Of a DNA stretch of 38,086 bases, positions 28,296 to 37,643 are shown piece by piece. A program made the translations under genes and the position numbers. Source of the DNA: Legionellales bacterium (GTDB lineage: Bacteria > Pseudomonadota > Gammaproteobacteria > UBA1113); assembly GCA_013043985.1 (NCBI GenBank), contig JABEVJ010000323.1, positions 1 to 38,086 of the forward strand. The letters are read 5' to 3'. The notes under the pieces are model-generated. The model made no database searches and had not been told where the DNA came from. It saw only the letters and a list, made by a program, of their open reading frames with translations. Numbering within the stretch: position 1 is the stretch's first letter; each line of letters opens with the position of its first letter.

Positions 28296-28655
28296 GTGGT
28301 AAGAAATTTTTCAAGACTAGATCGCATAGGCGATGCAATGAAGCGTGAGCTCGCTGAACTCATTCAGCATCACGTTAATGACCCACGGGTTGGCATGGTT
28401 TCAGTGACTGACGTCAAAGTCAGCCGTGATTTAGCCCATGCTAAAGTTTTTGTGACTTTTATGCTGCCGGAAGATAAAATTCCTGCAGCAATTGAAGCAC
28501 TCAATCATGCTGCAGGATATCTACGGTATCAATTGGCTCAACGTATTGAGCTGCGGGTAATGCCTGCTTTACGCTTTTACTATGATGATTCATCTGTGCG
28601 AGGCAGTCGTATTGCAACGTTGATTGATGAGGCTTTGCGCGATAAACCCTCATGA
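28296..28655 (+). CDS. rbfA: Ribosome-binding factor A
   Basis: RLDRIGDAMKRELAELI ... DPRVGMVSVTDVKVSRDLAHAKVF is typical of RbfA. GTG start. Its position after infB supports the call. Confidence 0.9.
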   Translation: MVRNFSRLDRIGDAMKRELAELIQHHVNDPRVGMVSVTDVKVSRDLAHAKVFVTFMLPEDKIPAAIEALNHAAGYLRYQLAQRIELRVMPALRFYYDDSSVRGSRIATLIDEALRDKPS

Positions 28656-29572
28656 GCCAGGAATCAATTTATGGGATTGTTTTACTGAATAAATCCTCTG
28701 GAGCTAGCTCCAATCGGGCTTTACAACAAGTTAAGCGTCTTTTTCAAGCTAAAAAAGCAGGGCATACGGGAACGCTTGATCCCTTGGCTTGCGGTATGTT
28801 GCCAATTTGCTTAGGCGAAGCAACGAAGTTTTCGCATTTTTGGCTTGATGCCGATAAACGTTATGAAGCGGTGCTTCAACTGGGGCAGACTTCATCAACT
28901 GGCGATGCTGAAGGGACACTTAGCGAAAAGAAAACCATTCCGGTGCTGGATGCCAGTGCCATTGAAAAGCTCTTATCCTCATTTCGAGGCACGATTTCTC
29001 AAATTCCTCCTATGTATTCTGCCCTGAAGCACCAAGGCCGTCCTTTATATGAATGGGTGCGCAATGGTCATGTCATCGAGCGTGCTGCACGCACGATTAC
29101 CATTCATCGCCTGACTCTGCTTGATTTTACGGAAGACACGATCAGATTGGATGTTCACTGTAGCAAAGGAACCTATATTCGCACCTTGGCCGAAGATATC
29201 GGCGAGCTGCTCGGTTGTGGTGCTTATTTGTCATCGCTTTATCGAATTAGTGTGTCACCCTTTGAATCCTCTCCTATGTATACTCTGACAGAGTTAATTG
29301 ATTTACCACAAGATAAACTCCTTGAATTAGTGCTGCCTGTATCTGCTGCGCTCGCGCACGTACCTGTGAAAAATGTAGTCATATCAGAAGCTCAAGCTTT
29401 GTTGCAGGGGAAAAAGTTGTCATGTGAGGCAGGAGTTGAGCAAAAAGGGATTTATCAATTGCAGACAGACACAGGACAATTTATTGGTATTGGTGAAATC
29501 AATGATGATGGGGTGTTGTCGGCAAAGCGGATGTTAAGTTCTGAGTTGGTGGGGTTAGGCAGAATAGCATAG
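28652..29572 (+). CDS. truB: tRNA pseudouridine(55) synthase
   Basis: GHTGTLDPLACG (catalytic Asp) and IPPMYSALK motifs. Its position after rbfA supports the call. Confidence 0.92.
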   Translation: MSQESIYGIVLLNKSSGASSNRALQQVKRLFQAKKAGHTGTLDPLACGMLPICLGEATKFSHFWLDADKRYEAVLQLGQTSSTGDAEGTLSEKKTIPVLDASAIEKLLSSFRGTISQIPPMYSALKHQGRPLYEWVRNGHVIERAARTITIHRLTLLDFTEDTIRLDVHCSKGTYIRTLAEDIGELLGCGAYLSSLYRISVSPFESSPMYTLTELIDLPQDKLLELVLPVSAALAHVPVKNVVISEAQALLQGKKLSCEAGVEQKGIYQLQTDTGQFIGIGEINDDGVLSAKRMLSSELVGLGRIA

Positions 29573-29584
29573 GATTTTTGAAAG

Positions 29585-29812
29585 ATGGATAAAATTCGGA
29601 TATCAATCACTGATCAATTAGCTAGCAGAATGAGATCAGTTATTTCTTCCAGGCAAAGCAATAAAATAATTATGCGTTTAATTGAAAAGGAGATTGAGAG
29701 ACGCGAACGTCTTCTGTATGATTGTGCTGTGTCTGTAGAAAGAGATGAGGCATTGCGCACAGAGATGGAAGATTGGGATACAGACTTTGCGCGGCCGCAA
29801 GAGGTTGAATAA
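29585..29812 (+). CDS. Ribbon-helix-helix antitoxin-like protein with no recognisable partner toxin
   Basis: The N-terminal pattern IRISITDQLASRMRSV ... IIMRLIEKEIERRE fits a CopG/RHH fold. The acidic tail EMEDWDTD resembles antitoxins paired with MazF/PemK-type toxins. The ORF that follows is only 36 aa (29812-29922). Confidence 0.5.
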   Translation: MDKIRISITDQLASRMRSVISSRQSNKIIMRLIEKEIERRERLLYDCAVSVERDEALRTEMEDWDTDFARPQEVE

Positions 29813-29922
29813 TGAAGGAAATGATAAATACGATCAATAGGGATTTTGCTGGTTTTAATGCACTTGGTGCATTAGCTGAAAAAATAGGGCAAATTGATGT
29901 TGATTGTCTGGAGGCTGAGTAA

Positions 29923-30471
29923 TTACAATTTTCGTAACTTCGCCAGAAGACTTTCTCTTAACTCTTTAGCAGGAGCGGATCTTTCTTCTAACACCAAATT
30001 TAAGCTTTCTATCAAAATCGCCTCATCTAGCATAGCGGGATCATTCACAATCTGATTTTTTAGTGACCAAGCAACGACCTCATGCCACCGCCATAAAGGA
30101 GAGGTATCGGAAAGCTTCATCACAGGATGAGGGAAGCGCGGACGGTTTCGGCGCAACCCTTTACTCCACAGCGAGACAGCTTGTTTTTTTAATTTTAAGC
30201 GTTTAGCTATTTCTGATTCTGATACCAAATTTTCAGGAGCAACACTGGTTACCTTTGCAGCAAGTGGCATGGTTTCAATTTGTTTGATAGCAGATAAAAT
30301 GGCTAACTCCAAGGATTTTTCCTCGCGTATAAAATCAAGGTAAACCGTTCCATTTCGAAAGTTGATTAAAGCATCATCACAGCCAGCTTCAAACAAGCAA
30401 TCCTCCAAGTCATCGGTGTTTTCATCGACACCACTTAACACTAATGTAAATTCATACTTTTTCATTTGCAA
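29923..30471 (-). CDS. Putative DNA-binding (HTH) protein, second gene of a two-gene module
   Basis: The N-terminal domain is YEFTLVLSG...LEDCLFEAGCDDALINF...VYLDFIRE. The C-terminal half has an HTH-like segment, SESEIAKRLKLKKQAVSLWSKG ... PLWRWHEVVAWS. It starts 13 nt after the stop of the disrupted upstream gene. Confidence 0.6.
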   Translation of the reverse strand: MQMKKYEFTLVLSGVDENTDDLEDCLFEAGCDDALINFRNGTVYLDFIREEKSLELAILSAIKQIETMPLAAKVTSVAPENLVSESEIAKRLKLKKQAVSLWSKGLRRNRPRFPHPVMKLSDTSPLWRWHEVVAWSLKNQIVNDPAMLDEAILIESLNLVLEERSAPAKELRESLLAKLRKL

Positions 30472-30483
30472 ATACCTCTCTTT

Positions 30484-30882
30484 CTAATGAAGACAACCGA
30501 CAACATGTCGCCTTATTTGTTTAGCATGTGTGGCATTATCACGCGGTGTTGACCAAATATACCCAAGATACTTCAAAATGCTAATTTCTGACTTGTTCTT
30601 TTACGCCAGAGTAATATTATAAAAACTTCACAATATGAATAACTATTGCTCGTTTTTATAATATTACCTGACATAAAATAACGGCGTCATAAACTTAGCA
30701 TTTTGAAGTATCTTGGGTATAGACATACCGCAACCTTCACGCTCTTGATGAGGGCAAAGTAGGCGACCCCATGCATGAGCCGAGTTGCCAGTTTTTTTAT
30801 ACCGCCATCCTCTCTCTTCCGCGTACTGAATTGCGGCTTCTATTTCTTTACTAGGATGCCTTGGTCTATGTGCAGCCTGCAT
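30484..30882 (-). pseudogene. Small Cys/His-rich gene (78 aa when restored) split by a MITE
   Basis: The upstream part is MQAAHRPRHPSKEIEAAIQYAEERGWRYKKTGNSAHAWGRLLCPHQEREGCGMS. After the repeat, the same frame continues IWSTPRDNATHAKQIRRHVVGCLH*. The current ORF stops inside the element at 30664. Confidence 0.75.
30558..30721. mobile_element. Family-3 MITE with perfect 27-bp terminal inverted repeats and TA target duplication
   Basis: tatacccaagatacttcaaaatgctaa (30558-30584) is the exact reverse complement of ttagcattttgaagtatcttgggtata (30695-30721). The interior shares cacaatatgaataactattgc with 23461-23621 and 37988-38086. Confidence 0.9.
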
Positions 30883-30900
30883 ATTTTCCTCTCTTTAGTA

Positions 30901-30933
30901 ATGATAATTGCTTTGTTGACGTTTGTCAACAAA
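30901..30933 (-). promoter_or_regulatory. Putative promoter with overlapping palindromic operator for the disrupted module
   Basis: The minus strand reads TTGACA, a 17-nt spacer, TATCAT, then GAGG 5 nt before the ATG. The inverted repeat tttgttgac-gttt-gtcaacaaa (30912-30933) overlaps the -35 and the spacer. Confidence 0.6.
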
Positions 30934-31084
30934 ATGTTATTGCCCGATATAAGCAAATCCAGGACTATCAATAATAACATAATTTATTTATACTTATGCT
31001 TGTAAAGTTTTTAAAGTATGAATTTTTTCTTTCTTAAAGTGTGTGTTACCATACGAGTGTTATTTTCAGTAAGAAGGTTTAGCT

Positions 31085-32380
31085 ATGAATGACAAAGTCG
31101 CGACAACAACGAGTGCCCGCACCAAGTTCGAAATTTACTTCCCTTGGATTGTCTGCGGTGTAGGCGCTCTTTTTTATTGCTATGAGTATTTTCTGCGTGT
31201 AACACCGAGCGTCATGCAAACCCAACTCATGAGCAGCTTCAATATCGACAATGCACTCTTTGGTTCATTGGCCGCTTTTTATTATTACGCTTATACTCCC
31301 ATGCAATTGCCCGTTGGGGTATTAATGGATAGATACGGCCCTCGCAAACTTTTGACTTTAGCCTGTTTACTCTGCGTCATTGGAACTTGTTTTTTTGGCA
31401 CAAACAGTTACAGTGTCGCCGCATTTGGACGTTTTTTAGTTGGTATGGGTTCTGCTTTTGCCTTTGTAGGTGTGCTCAAACTTGCCACCATTTGGTTACC
31501 GCCACACCGATTTGCTATGGTGGCAGGGATGGTGACGGCGATGGGCATGTTTGGCCCCATGCTGGGTGATATTTCTCTGACGCCTCTGGTGGCAAAAATC
31601 GGTTGGCATCAAACCGTATTCATTACTGCTATCTTGGGAGTCATTCTGACCGTTATTTTGTGGGTTTTTATTCGAGATAAAAATACCTTGCCTAATCATC
31701 CTGAGATGAAAACATCCCATCGGGTAGAAAATTTTAAAGATTTATGGACGGGGCTTGCGCACATGTTACGCATCCGTCAAGTCTGGTTTTCTGGACTCAT
31801 CGCAGGTTGTCTGTTTTTACCCATCTCCATTTTTGCCGAATTGTGGGGAATTCCTTATCTGGAGCAAGCGCAACATTTTCCTGACATGTACGCTGGTTTT
31901 GTTAACCCCCTGTTATTTTTGGGCTTTGCTATAGGCGGAACACTTTTTGGTTGGGTTTCAGACAGTATCGGAAGACGACGTGAGCCTATTATGGTTGGTG
32001 GAATATTAGCCTTTATTTCCGCGTGTTTGCTTTTTTATGTGCCACGATTGTCGTTCACGGAAATTTGTATTCTGTTATTTTTATTAGGTCTTTTTGCGGG
32101 CGTTGAGGTTATTACTTTTGCGCTGAGCCGTGAGTCAGTGGCTCATCGTTTTGCGGGTACCGCAGTTGCCATGACCAACTTTCTGACGATGTTAGGTGGA
32201 ATGATTTTTCAGCCCGTTATTGGTACCTTATTGGATTTTCATGCGACAAATATCATGAAACATAGTGTAACGGCTTTGACCAATAGTGATTACCGTTTTG
32301 CTTTGACCGTTGTGCCAATTTGTCTTGCGGCTTCAGCTGTTTTAGCTTTCTTTGTGCACGAGCCAAGGCGTCATCAATGA
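31085..32380 (+). CDS. MFS transporter (substrate unknown)
   Basis: About 12 hydrophobic segments and the MFS loop 2-3 motif GVLMDRYGPRK. The stop overlaps the ribF start (ATGA). Confidence 0.75.
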   Translation: MNDKVATTTSARTKFEIYFPWIVCGVGALFYCYEYFLRVTPSVMQTQLMSSFNIDNALFGSLAAFYYYAYTPMQLPVGVLMDRYGPRKLLTLACLLCVIGTCFFGTNSYSVAAFGRFLVGMGSAFAFVGVLKLATIWLPPHRFAMVAGMVTAMGMFGPMLGDISLTPLVAKIGWHQTVFITAILGVILTVILWVFIRDKNTLPNHPEMKTSHRVENFKDLWTGLAHMLRIRQVWFSGLIAGCLFLPISIFAELWGIPYLEQAQHFPDMYAGFVNPLLFLGFAIGGTLFGWVSDSIGRRREPIMVGGILAFISACLLFYVPRLSFTEICILLFLLGLFAGVEVITFALSRESVAHRFAGTAVAMTNFLTMLGGMIFQPVIGTLLDFHATNIMKHSVTALTNSDYRFALTVVPICLAASAVLAFFVHEPRRHQ

Positions 32381-33321
32381 AAATTATCAGAGGACTGCAC
32401 AATTTACCCGTTTTTACACAGAAAACCGCGGTAAGTATTGGTAATTTTGATGGGTTGCATCTTGGGCATCAGCGCATTATTGAAATGATTACTCAAGTTG
32501 CCAAACAACAAAACCTGTTGACTGTGGTTATTTTATTTGAACCCCAGCCGCTTGAATTTTTCAACGCTGAATCTGCCCCAGCCCGCTTGACACCACTGCA
32601 TGAAAAATTTAAATTACTGGCCGAGGCAGGGATAGATTACTTAGTTTGCCTCTATTTCAATCAAAAATTGTCACAGATGCCAGCATCAGTCTTTATTCAA
32701 CAAATTCTTCTTGATCATTTAAAGGTGGCCTATTTGTTGGTTGGGCATGATTTTCGTTTCGGTTATCGTCGAGAAGGGGATTTTGATTTACTGAAAAACA
32801 AGGCTCAGAATGAGGGTTTTCAATTAGCCAATTGTCCCGCTGTTCAGTTTGACAATGTTCGAATTAGCAGTACGCGTGTACGTGACGCACTGCAACGAAG
32901 TGATTTTGCTGAGGCTGCGAGACTCTTGGGACGCTCTTACTCACTAGAGGGACACGTTAAATTTGGTGAACAACGGGGTCGCTTATTGGGTTTTCCTACC
33001 GCCAATCTTTTATTGAAACATGATAAGCTTATTTTGTCGGGTGTATTTGCGGTAGAAGTTGAAGCGGAGTCTTTCGGTTTTTACCGAGGGGTTGCGAATC
33101 TTGGAGTGAGACCCACTATAAATAGTGGACTAAGTTGCAGATTAGAGGTTTATTTATTTGATTTTAATGGTAATCTTTATGGTAAACGATTAAAAGTTAT
33201 TTTTCGGGCTAAAATAAGAGACGAGCAACGATTTAGTAACGTTGAAGCATTAAAAAAACAAATTCAACAAGATGTTTTGGCGACTGAAACCTTTTTTCAA
33301 ATGGGAAAATATGATGACTGA
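32377..33321 (+). CDS. ribF: Bifunctional riboflavin kinase / FMN adenylyltransferase
   Basis: IGNFDGLHLGHQ (FAD synthetase) and PTANL ... GVANLGVRPT ... EVYLFDF (riboflavin kinase). Start at MKIIRG, because the longer ORF overlaps the MFS gene. Confidence 0.92.
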   Translation: MKIIRGLHNLPVFTQKTAVSIGNFDGLHLGHQRIIEMITQVAKQQNLLTVVILFEPQPLEFFNAESAPARLTPLHEKFKLLAEAGIDYLVCLYFNQKLSQMPASVFIQQILLDHLKVAYLLVGHDFRFGYRREGDFDLLKNKAQNEGFQLANCPAVQFDNVRISSTRVRDALQRSDFAEAARLLGRSYSLEGHVKFGEQRGRLLGFPTANLLLKHDKLILSGVFAVEVEAESFGFYRGVANLGVRPTINSGLSCRLEVYLFDFNGNLYGKRLKVIFRAKIRDEQRFSNVEALKKQIQQDVLATETFFQMGKYDD

Positions 33322-36142
33322 CTATAAGAATACACTGAATTTACCAAACACTGACTTTCCAATGAAAGCGAGTCTTGCCGAGCGCGAACCCGCGCTTTTG
33401 GCACATTGGAAAACACTGGGCTTATATCAGCGCTTGCAAGAGCTGGGCAAAAATAGGCCGAAATTTGTATTGCATGATGGCCCTCCCTATGCGAATGGTG
33501 ATTTGCACTTAGGTCACGTAGTCAACAAAGTGCTTAAAGATGTGATTACCAAATCCAAAACACTCAGTGGATTTTATGCGCCTTTTGTACCCGGTTGGGA
33601 TTGCCATGGTTTGCCCATTGAATTAAATGTTGAAAAAAAGCTGGGGAAAGCTGGTCTGTATATCACCCCTAAAGCTTTTCGGGCTGCCTGTCGTGAATAT
33701 GCAAAAGAGCAAGTTACAATACAATCAGCTTCATTCCAGCGTTTGGGAGTGATGGGCGATTGGGAAAATCCTTATTTAACAATGAATCCCTCATATGAAG
33801 CTAATGTCATTCGTGTTCTGGGCGAGCTTTTAAAGCAAAATCATCTTGAGAGACGCTATAAACCTGTTCATTGGTGTACCGCTTGTGAATCCGCCCTGGC
33901 TGAAGCTGAGGTAGAATATATTGATAAAGAGTCGCCAGCTATTGATGTTAAATTCAAGGTTATTGATCCTTCTGCCTTGCTGGCACGTTGTGACCATCTG
34001 GTTGAGGCGCATGTGGCGCATGAAATCGATGTTGTTATCTGGACAACTACCCCCTGGACATTACCTGCCAACCAAGCGGTTGCGGTGAATCGGGATTTAA
34101 ATTATGTTTTGTTTTCCTGTCAGGTTACAGGTGAGTTTTGTACCTTGCTGATAGCAGAGGATTTGTTAATCAACTTTACTCAGAGGGTAGATGCAACCGA
34201 TATTGTTGAAATTGCTCATGTAAAAGGATACAAGCTTGAGTTTTTAGAGTTACAGCATCCTTTTTGTCATCGTCATGTTCCGATTGTCATGGGTGATCAT
34301 GTCACTATCGAAACTGGTACGGGTTGTGTGCATATTGCACCCGCTCATGGTCAGGAGGATTATGAGGTTGGACTCAAATATGACTTACCCGTTGACCATG
34401 AAGTGATGGCTGATGGACACTTTCAGCCAGAGGCATCCATCGTGGGCGGTATGTATGTTTTTGATGCCAATAAAGCTATCATGGAAATTCTCACAATCCA
34501 AAATACGCTGTTGCATACTGGATACGTTAAACACAGTTATCCTCATTGTTGGCGACATAAAAAGCCCCTCATTTTCCGAGGTACGCCCCAATGGTTTGTG
34601 AGTATGGATAAGAATCATCTGCGTGAGATGACACTGAGTGAAATTAAAAAGGTGAAGTGGATGCCTGAGTGGGGTGAGGCGCGAATTCGGGATATGGTGG
34701 CAAAGCGCCCAGATTGGTGTATTTCAAGACAGCGGAACTGGGGCGTGCCGATTCCATTTTTTATTCATAAAGATACCAATGAGTTGCATCCTGACAGTGC
34801 AGATATCCTTGAAAAAGTGGCTAAATTAGTTGAAATAAATGGTGTGGATGTCTGGTTTGAGCTAGAACCAAAAACATTGTTAGGCAGCAGTGCAGTGGAT
34901 TATTTGAAGTTGACAGATACGCTTGATGTTTGGTTTGATTCGGGTTCAAGCTTTGCTTGTGTATTGAAGCAACGACCGGAGCTAGCTTTTCCGGCTGATA
35001 TGTATGCTGAAGGTTCGGATCAATATCGAGGTTGGTTTCATACTTCATTGCTTGCGTCTGTCGCCACAACGGGACGCGCTCCGTATAAGCAAGTGCTGAC
35101 CCATGGCTTTACAGTTGATGCCCAAGGCCGCAAAATGTCTAAGTCACTTGGCAATGTCATCTCTCCTGACAAAATTATCAAGACATTGGGGGCGGATATT
35201 TTGCGATTGTGGGTTGCTTCCACAGATTATCGAGGTGAAATCAGCGTTTCTGATGATCTTTTCAATCGCACAGCGGATATTTACCGCCGTATTCGTAATA
35301 CTGCGCGCTTTTTATTGGCGAATTTGGTGGGATTTGATCCGACAAAAGATGTAGTCTCATCTGATAAATTGTTAAGTCTTGATGCCTGGGCAGTGACCCG
35401 TGCCTTTCATGTGCAAAAAGAAGTGATTCAGGCTTATGATGATTATCAATTTCATCATGTTTGCCAGAAGATTCATCACTTTTGCAGTGTTGATATGGGG
35501 AGTTTTTATCTCGATATTATCAAAGACAGACAATACACAACGCAGCCAGATAGCCTGGCCAGACGTTCTGCGCAGACAGCGATGTATCATATTGTTCAAG
35601 GGTTGGTACGTTGGCTGGCACCGATTTTAAGTTTTACGGCCGAAGAAATTTGGCGTCATATTCCTCAGCAACAAGGTGACAGTGTCTTTTTTGATGCTTG
35701 GTATTTGGGATTAGATGGTACAAGCGATAGTACAGAGATGGGTCAAGCTTATTGGCATGAAGTTACCCGAATTCGAGATACCGTCAATAAGCAGCTTGAA
35801 ATTGCCCGTAATGACCGCACCATTGGTTCTGGGTTGGAAGCTGATGTCACACTCTATTGCAATCAAGGTATTTTTGATTTGCTGTCTAAACTGGGCGATG
35901 AATTAAGATTTGTATTGATTACTTCAACCGCAGAATTGCAGCGAAGTGATACAACGCCTACTGATGCGATTGCTACTGAGATTCCAGGACTTTGTGTGAA
36001 GGTTAAAGCGTCGCTCTATACTAAATGTGGGCGTTGTTGGCATCGAAAGGAGTCGGTAGGGCAATCTGCCAGTCATCCAGAGCTTTGTTCGCGATGTATT
36101 GAGAATGTGGAGGGACAGGGCGAGAAAAGGTGCTTTGCATAA
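33311..36142 (+). CDS. ileS: Isoleucine--tRNA ligase
   Basis: (M)MTDYKNTLNLPNTDFPMKA N-terminus, a HIGH-type motif (GDLHLGH), KMSKS, and a C-terminal Cys cluster (CGRCWH ... CSRC). The start could be 33311 or 33314. Confidence 0.95.
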   Translation: MMTDYKNTLNLPNTDFPMKASLAEREPALLAHWKTLGLYQRLQELGKNRPKFVLHDGPPYANGDLHLGHVVNKVLKDVITKSKTLSGFYAPFVPGWDCHGLPIELNVEKKLGKAGLYITPKAFRAACREYAKEQVTIQSASFQRLGVMGDWENPYLTMNPSYEANVIRVLGELLKQNHLERRYKPVHWCTACESALAEAEVEYIDKESPAIDVKFKVIDPSALLARCDHLVEAHVAHEIDVVIWTTTPWTLPANQAVAVNRDLNYVLFSCQVTGEFCTLLIAEDLLINFTQRVDATDIVEIAHVKGYKLEFLELQHPFCHRHVPIVMGDHVTIETGTGCVHIAPAHGQEDYEVGLKYDLPVDHEVMADGHFQPEASIVGGMYVFDANKAIMEILTIQNTLLHTGYVKHSYPHCWRHKKPLIFRGTPQWFVSMDKNHLREMTLSEIKKVKWMPEWGEARIRDMVAKRPDWCISRQRNWGVPIPFFIHKDTNELHPDSADILEKVAKLVEINGVDVWFELEPKTLLGSSAVDYLKLTDTLDVWFDSGSSFACVLKQRPELAFPADMYAEGSDQYRGWFHTSLLASVATTGRAPYKQVLTHGFTVDAQGRKMSKSLGNVISPDKIIKTLGADILRLWVASTDYRGEISVSDDLFNRTADIYRRIRNTARFLLANLVGFDPTKDVVSSDKLLSLDAWAVTRAFHVQKEVIQAYDDYQFHHVCQKIHHFCSVDMGSFYLDIIKDRQYTTQPDSLARRSAQTAMYHIVQGLVRWLAPILSFTAEEIWRHIPQQQGDSVFFDAWYLGLDGTSDSTEMGQAYWHEVTRIRDTVNKQLEIARNDRTIGSGLEADVTLYCNQGIFDLLSKLGDELRFVLITSTAELQRSDTTPTDAIATEIPGLCVKVKASLYTKCGRCWHRKESVGQSASHPELCSRCIENVEGQGEKRCFA

Positions 36143-36637
36143 ATGGATAATGACATAAAAGAATGGCACACTCAAAACACTAAATGGTTGCTGGTATCTG
36201 CACTGGTCATTTTTTTGGATCAAAGTGTTAAGTGGATTGTCCGAAAAACGCTTTTTTCCTTCGCACCACTTAAGATTTTACCTTGGTTAAATTTTAAATT
36301 GGCATTTAATACCGGTATGGCATATGGTTTTTTAAGTGATAATGGTAATGCAGGAAAATGGTTGTTAATTGGAATAGCTGTTTTGATTTCCGGTTATTTG
36401 TGGATTTGGATTTTTCAATCCGAACCTTATAAAAAACTATTATTATTTGCACTGAGTTTAATTTTAGGTGGGGCACTCAGTAATATGTTTGATCGGATTT
36501 GGATGGGGTATGTAACAGATTTTATTGATTTTCATATTAATACCTGGCATTTTGCTACCTTTAATCTAGCTGATTCAGCGATTTCTATCGGTGCAGTAAT
36601 ACTGATTTTTTTATTAGTTTTTAAACGGGAAATTTAA
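36143..36637 (+). CDS. lspA: Lipoprotein signal peptidase (signal peptidase II)
   Basis: Four hydrophobic segments, NTGMAYGF and the FNLADSAISIG Asp motif. It immediately follows ileS. Confidence 0.92.
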   Translation: MDNDIKEWHTQNTKWLLVSALVIFLDQSVKWIVRKTLFSFAPLKILPWLNFKLAFNTGMAYGFLSDNGNAGKWLLIGIAVLISGYLWIWIFQSEPYKKLLLFALSLILGGALSNMFDRIWMGYVTDFIDFHINTWHFATFNLADSAISIGAVILIFLLVFKREI

Positions 36638-37074
36638 TGACCTCTCTACTAATTCTTCCTAACTCAATTGTTATTTTACACATTAATATGAAGCTGGCAG
36701 ATGATTCTGTCGCTGATAGTACCCGCACGGGGCACCAACCTGCAAAAATTGTACTCGGCAGTGGAGATGTTACCCCTGCTTTTGAATATGAGTTAATTGG
36801 TATGCATGTAGGGGATAAAAAAAAGTTTACCCTGCCACCACAAGATGCATTTGGTTTTCCTAATCCTGCAAATTTTCACACTATGCCTCTCAGTCGCTTT
36901 GACAAAAATATCAAAATGGAAATAGGCAGTATTATTGAGTTTGATCAATTAAGCGGGCAGCCTTTGCTCGGTATTGTTCGTGAGATTAAAGATGATGGGG
37001 TTTTACTCGATTTTAATCATCCGCTTTGCGGACAGAGCGTCACATTTGAAGTTGAAATTATTCAGGTGATTTAG
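36637..37074 (+). CDS. fkpB: FKBP-type peptidyl-prolyl cis-trans isomerase (FkpB/SlpA-like)
   Basis: Collinear with E. coli FkpB (VILHINMKLADDSVADSTR ... GIVREIKDDGVLLDFNHPLCGQSVTFEVEII). It follows lspA, as in E. coli. Confidence 0.88.
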   Translation: MTSLLILPNSIVILHINMKLADDSVADSTRTGHQPAKIVLGSGDVTPAFEYELIGMHVGDKKKFTLPPQDAFGFPNPANFHTMPLSRFDKNIKMEIGSIIEFDQLSGQPLLGIVREIKDDGVLLDFNHPLCGQSVTFEVEIIQVI

Positions 37075-37080
37075 CGTCCA

Positions 37081-37109
37081 TTGATAAAGTGATGTAAAAG
37101 TGTTACACT
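37081..37109 (+). promoter_or_regulatory. Putative promoter/operator of the RHH-RelE/ParE pair
   Basis: TTGATA, a 17-nt spacer, then TACACT. The palindrome agtgt-t-acact overlaps the -10. Confidence 0.4.
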
Positions 37110-37143
37110 GTTCAAAGAGTAAATGTTAATGGAGGCAGGTATC

Positions 37144-37374
37144 ATGATAACAAAGAACCCAAGAATCAATGTGACTTTTGAAGAGGCGACCGCAAACGTG
37201 CTGTCTCAGTTAGCTCATCAAGAGCATCAGTCTGTAGCAAGTTTAGTCCGTGAACTAACACTGGAAGCTTTAGAAATGCGAGAGGATTTTTATTTATCCC
37301 AAGTCGCTGAAAAACTCGATAAAGAAGGAGTAAAAACCTATACGCATGATGAGGCATGGAATGATGAAGCATGA
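37144..37374 (+). CDS. Ribbon-helix-helix antitoxin (RelB/ParD-like)
   Basis: PRINVTFEEATANVLSQLAHQEHQSVASLVRELTLEAL fits an RHH fold. GGAGG lies 8 nt upstream of ATG 37144. The gene overlaps the toxin start (ATGA). Confidence 0.7.
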   Translation: MITKNPRINVTFEEATANVLSQLAHQEHQSVASLVRELTLEALEMREDFYLSQVAEKLDKEGVKTYTHDEAWNDEA

Positions 37375-37643
37375 GCGTTAATTACCAAGTTAGGTACCAG
37401 GAAGAAGTTACTCGCAATCACATTCCTGCACTACCTTCAAGCGCAAAAGCTCTTATCAAACGCGCTATTGAGGAGCGTTTGATGATTGATCCCATTGGCT
37501 TTGGTAAACCTTTACGTTATAGCTTAAAGGGACATAGACGCTTAAGGGTCAGCGATTACCGTATTGTTTATCGAGTTGAACCAGAAATTAAAACAGTTAT
37601 TATCATTGCCATTAAGCATCGGAAGGATGTATATACGCCCTAA
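37371..37643 (+). CDS. RelE/ParE-family toxin
   Basis: 90 aa, with the C-terminal pattern LRVSDYRIVYRVEPEIKTVIIIAIKHRKDVY typical of RelE/ParE toxins. Confidence 0.75.
   Translation: MSVNYQVRYQEEVTRNHIPALPSSAKALIKRAIEERLMIDPIGFGKPLRYSLKGHRRLRVSDYRIVYRVEPEIKTVIIIAIKHRKDVYTP

Noticed and set aside
29812-29922. The 36-codon ORF as a MazF/PemK-type toxin.
   Set aside because: It is far too short and lacks any recognisable toxin motif. I recorded it only as an open question in the findings.
30775-31005. A 76-aa plus-strand ORF opposite the disrupted small gene.
   Set aside because: It is antisense to a gene with a clear promoter and SD, and its sequence is low complexity with no signal.
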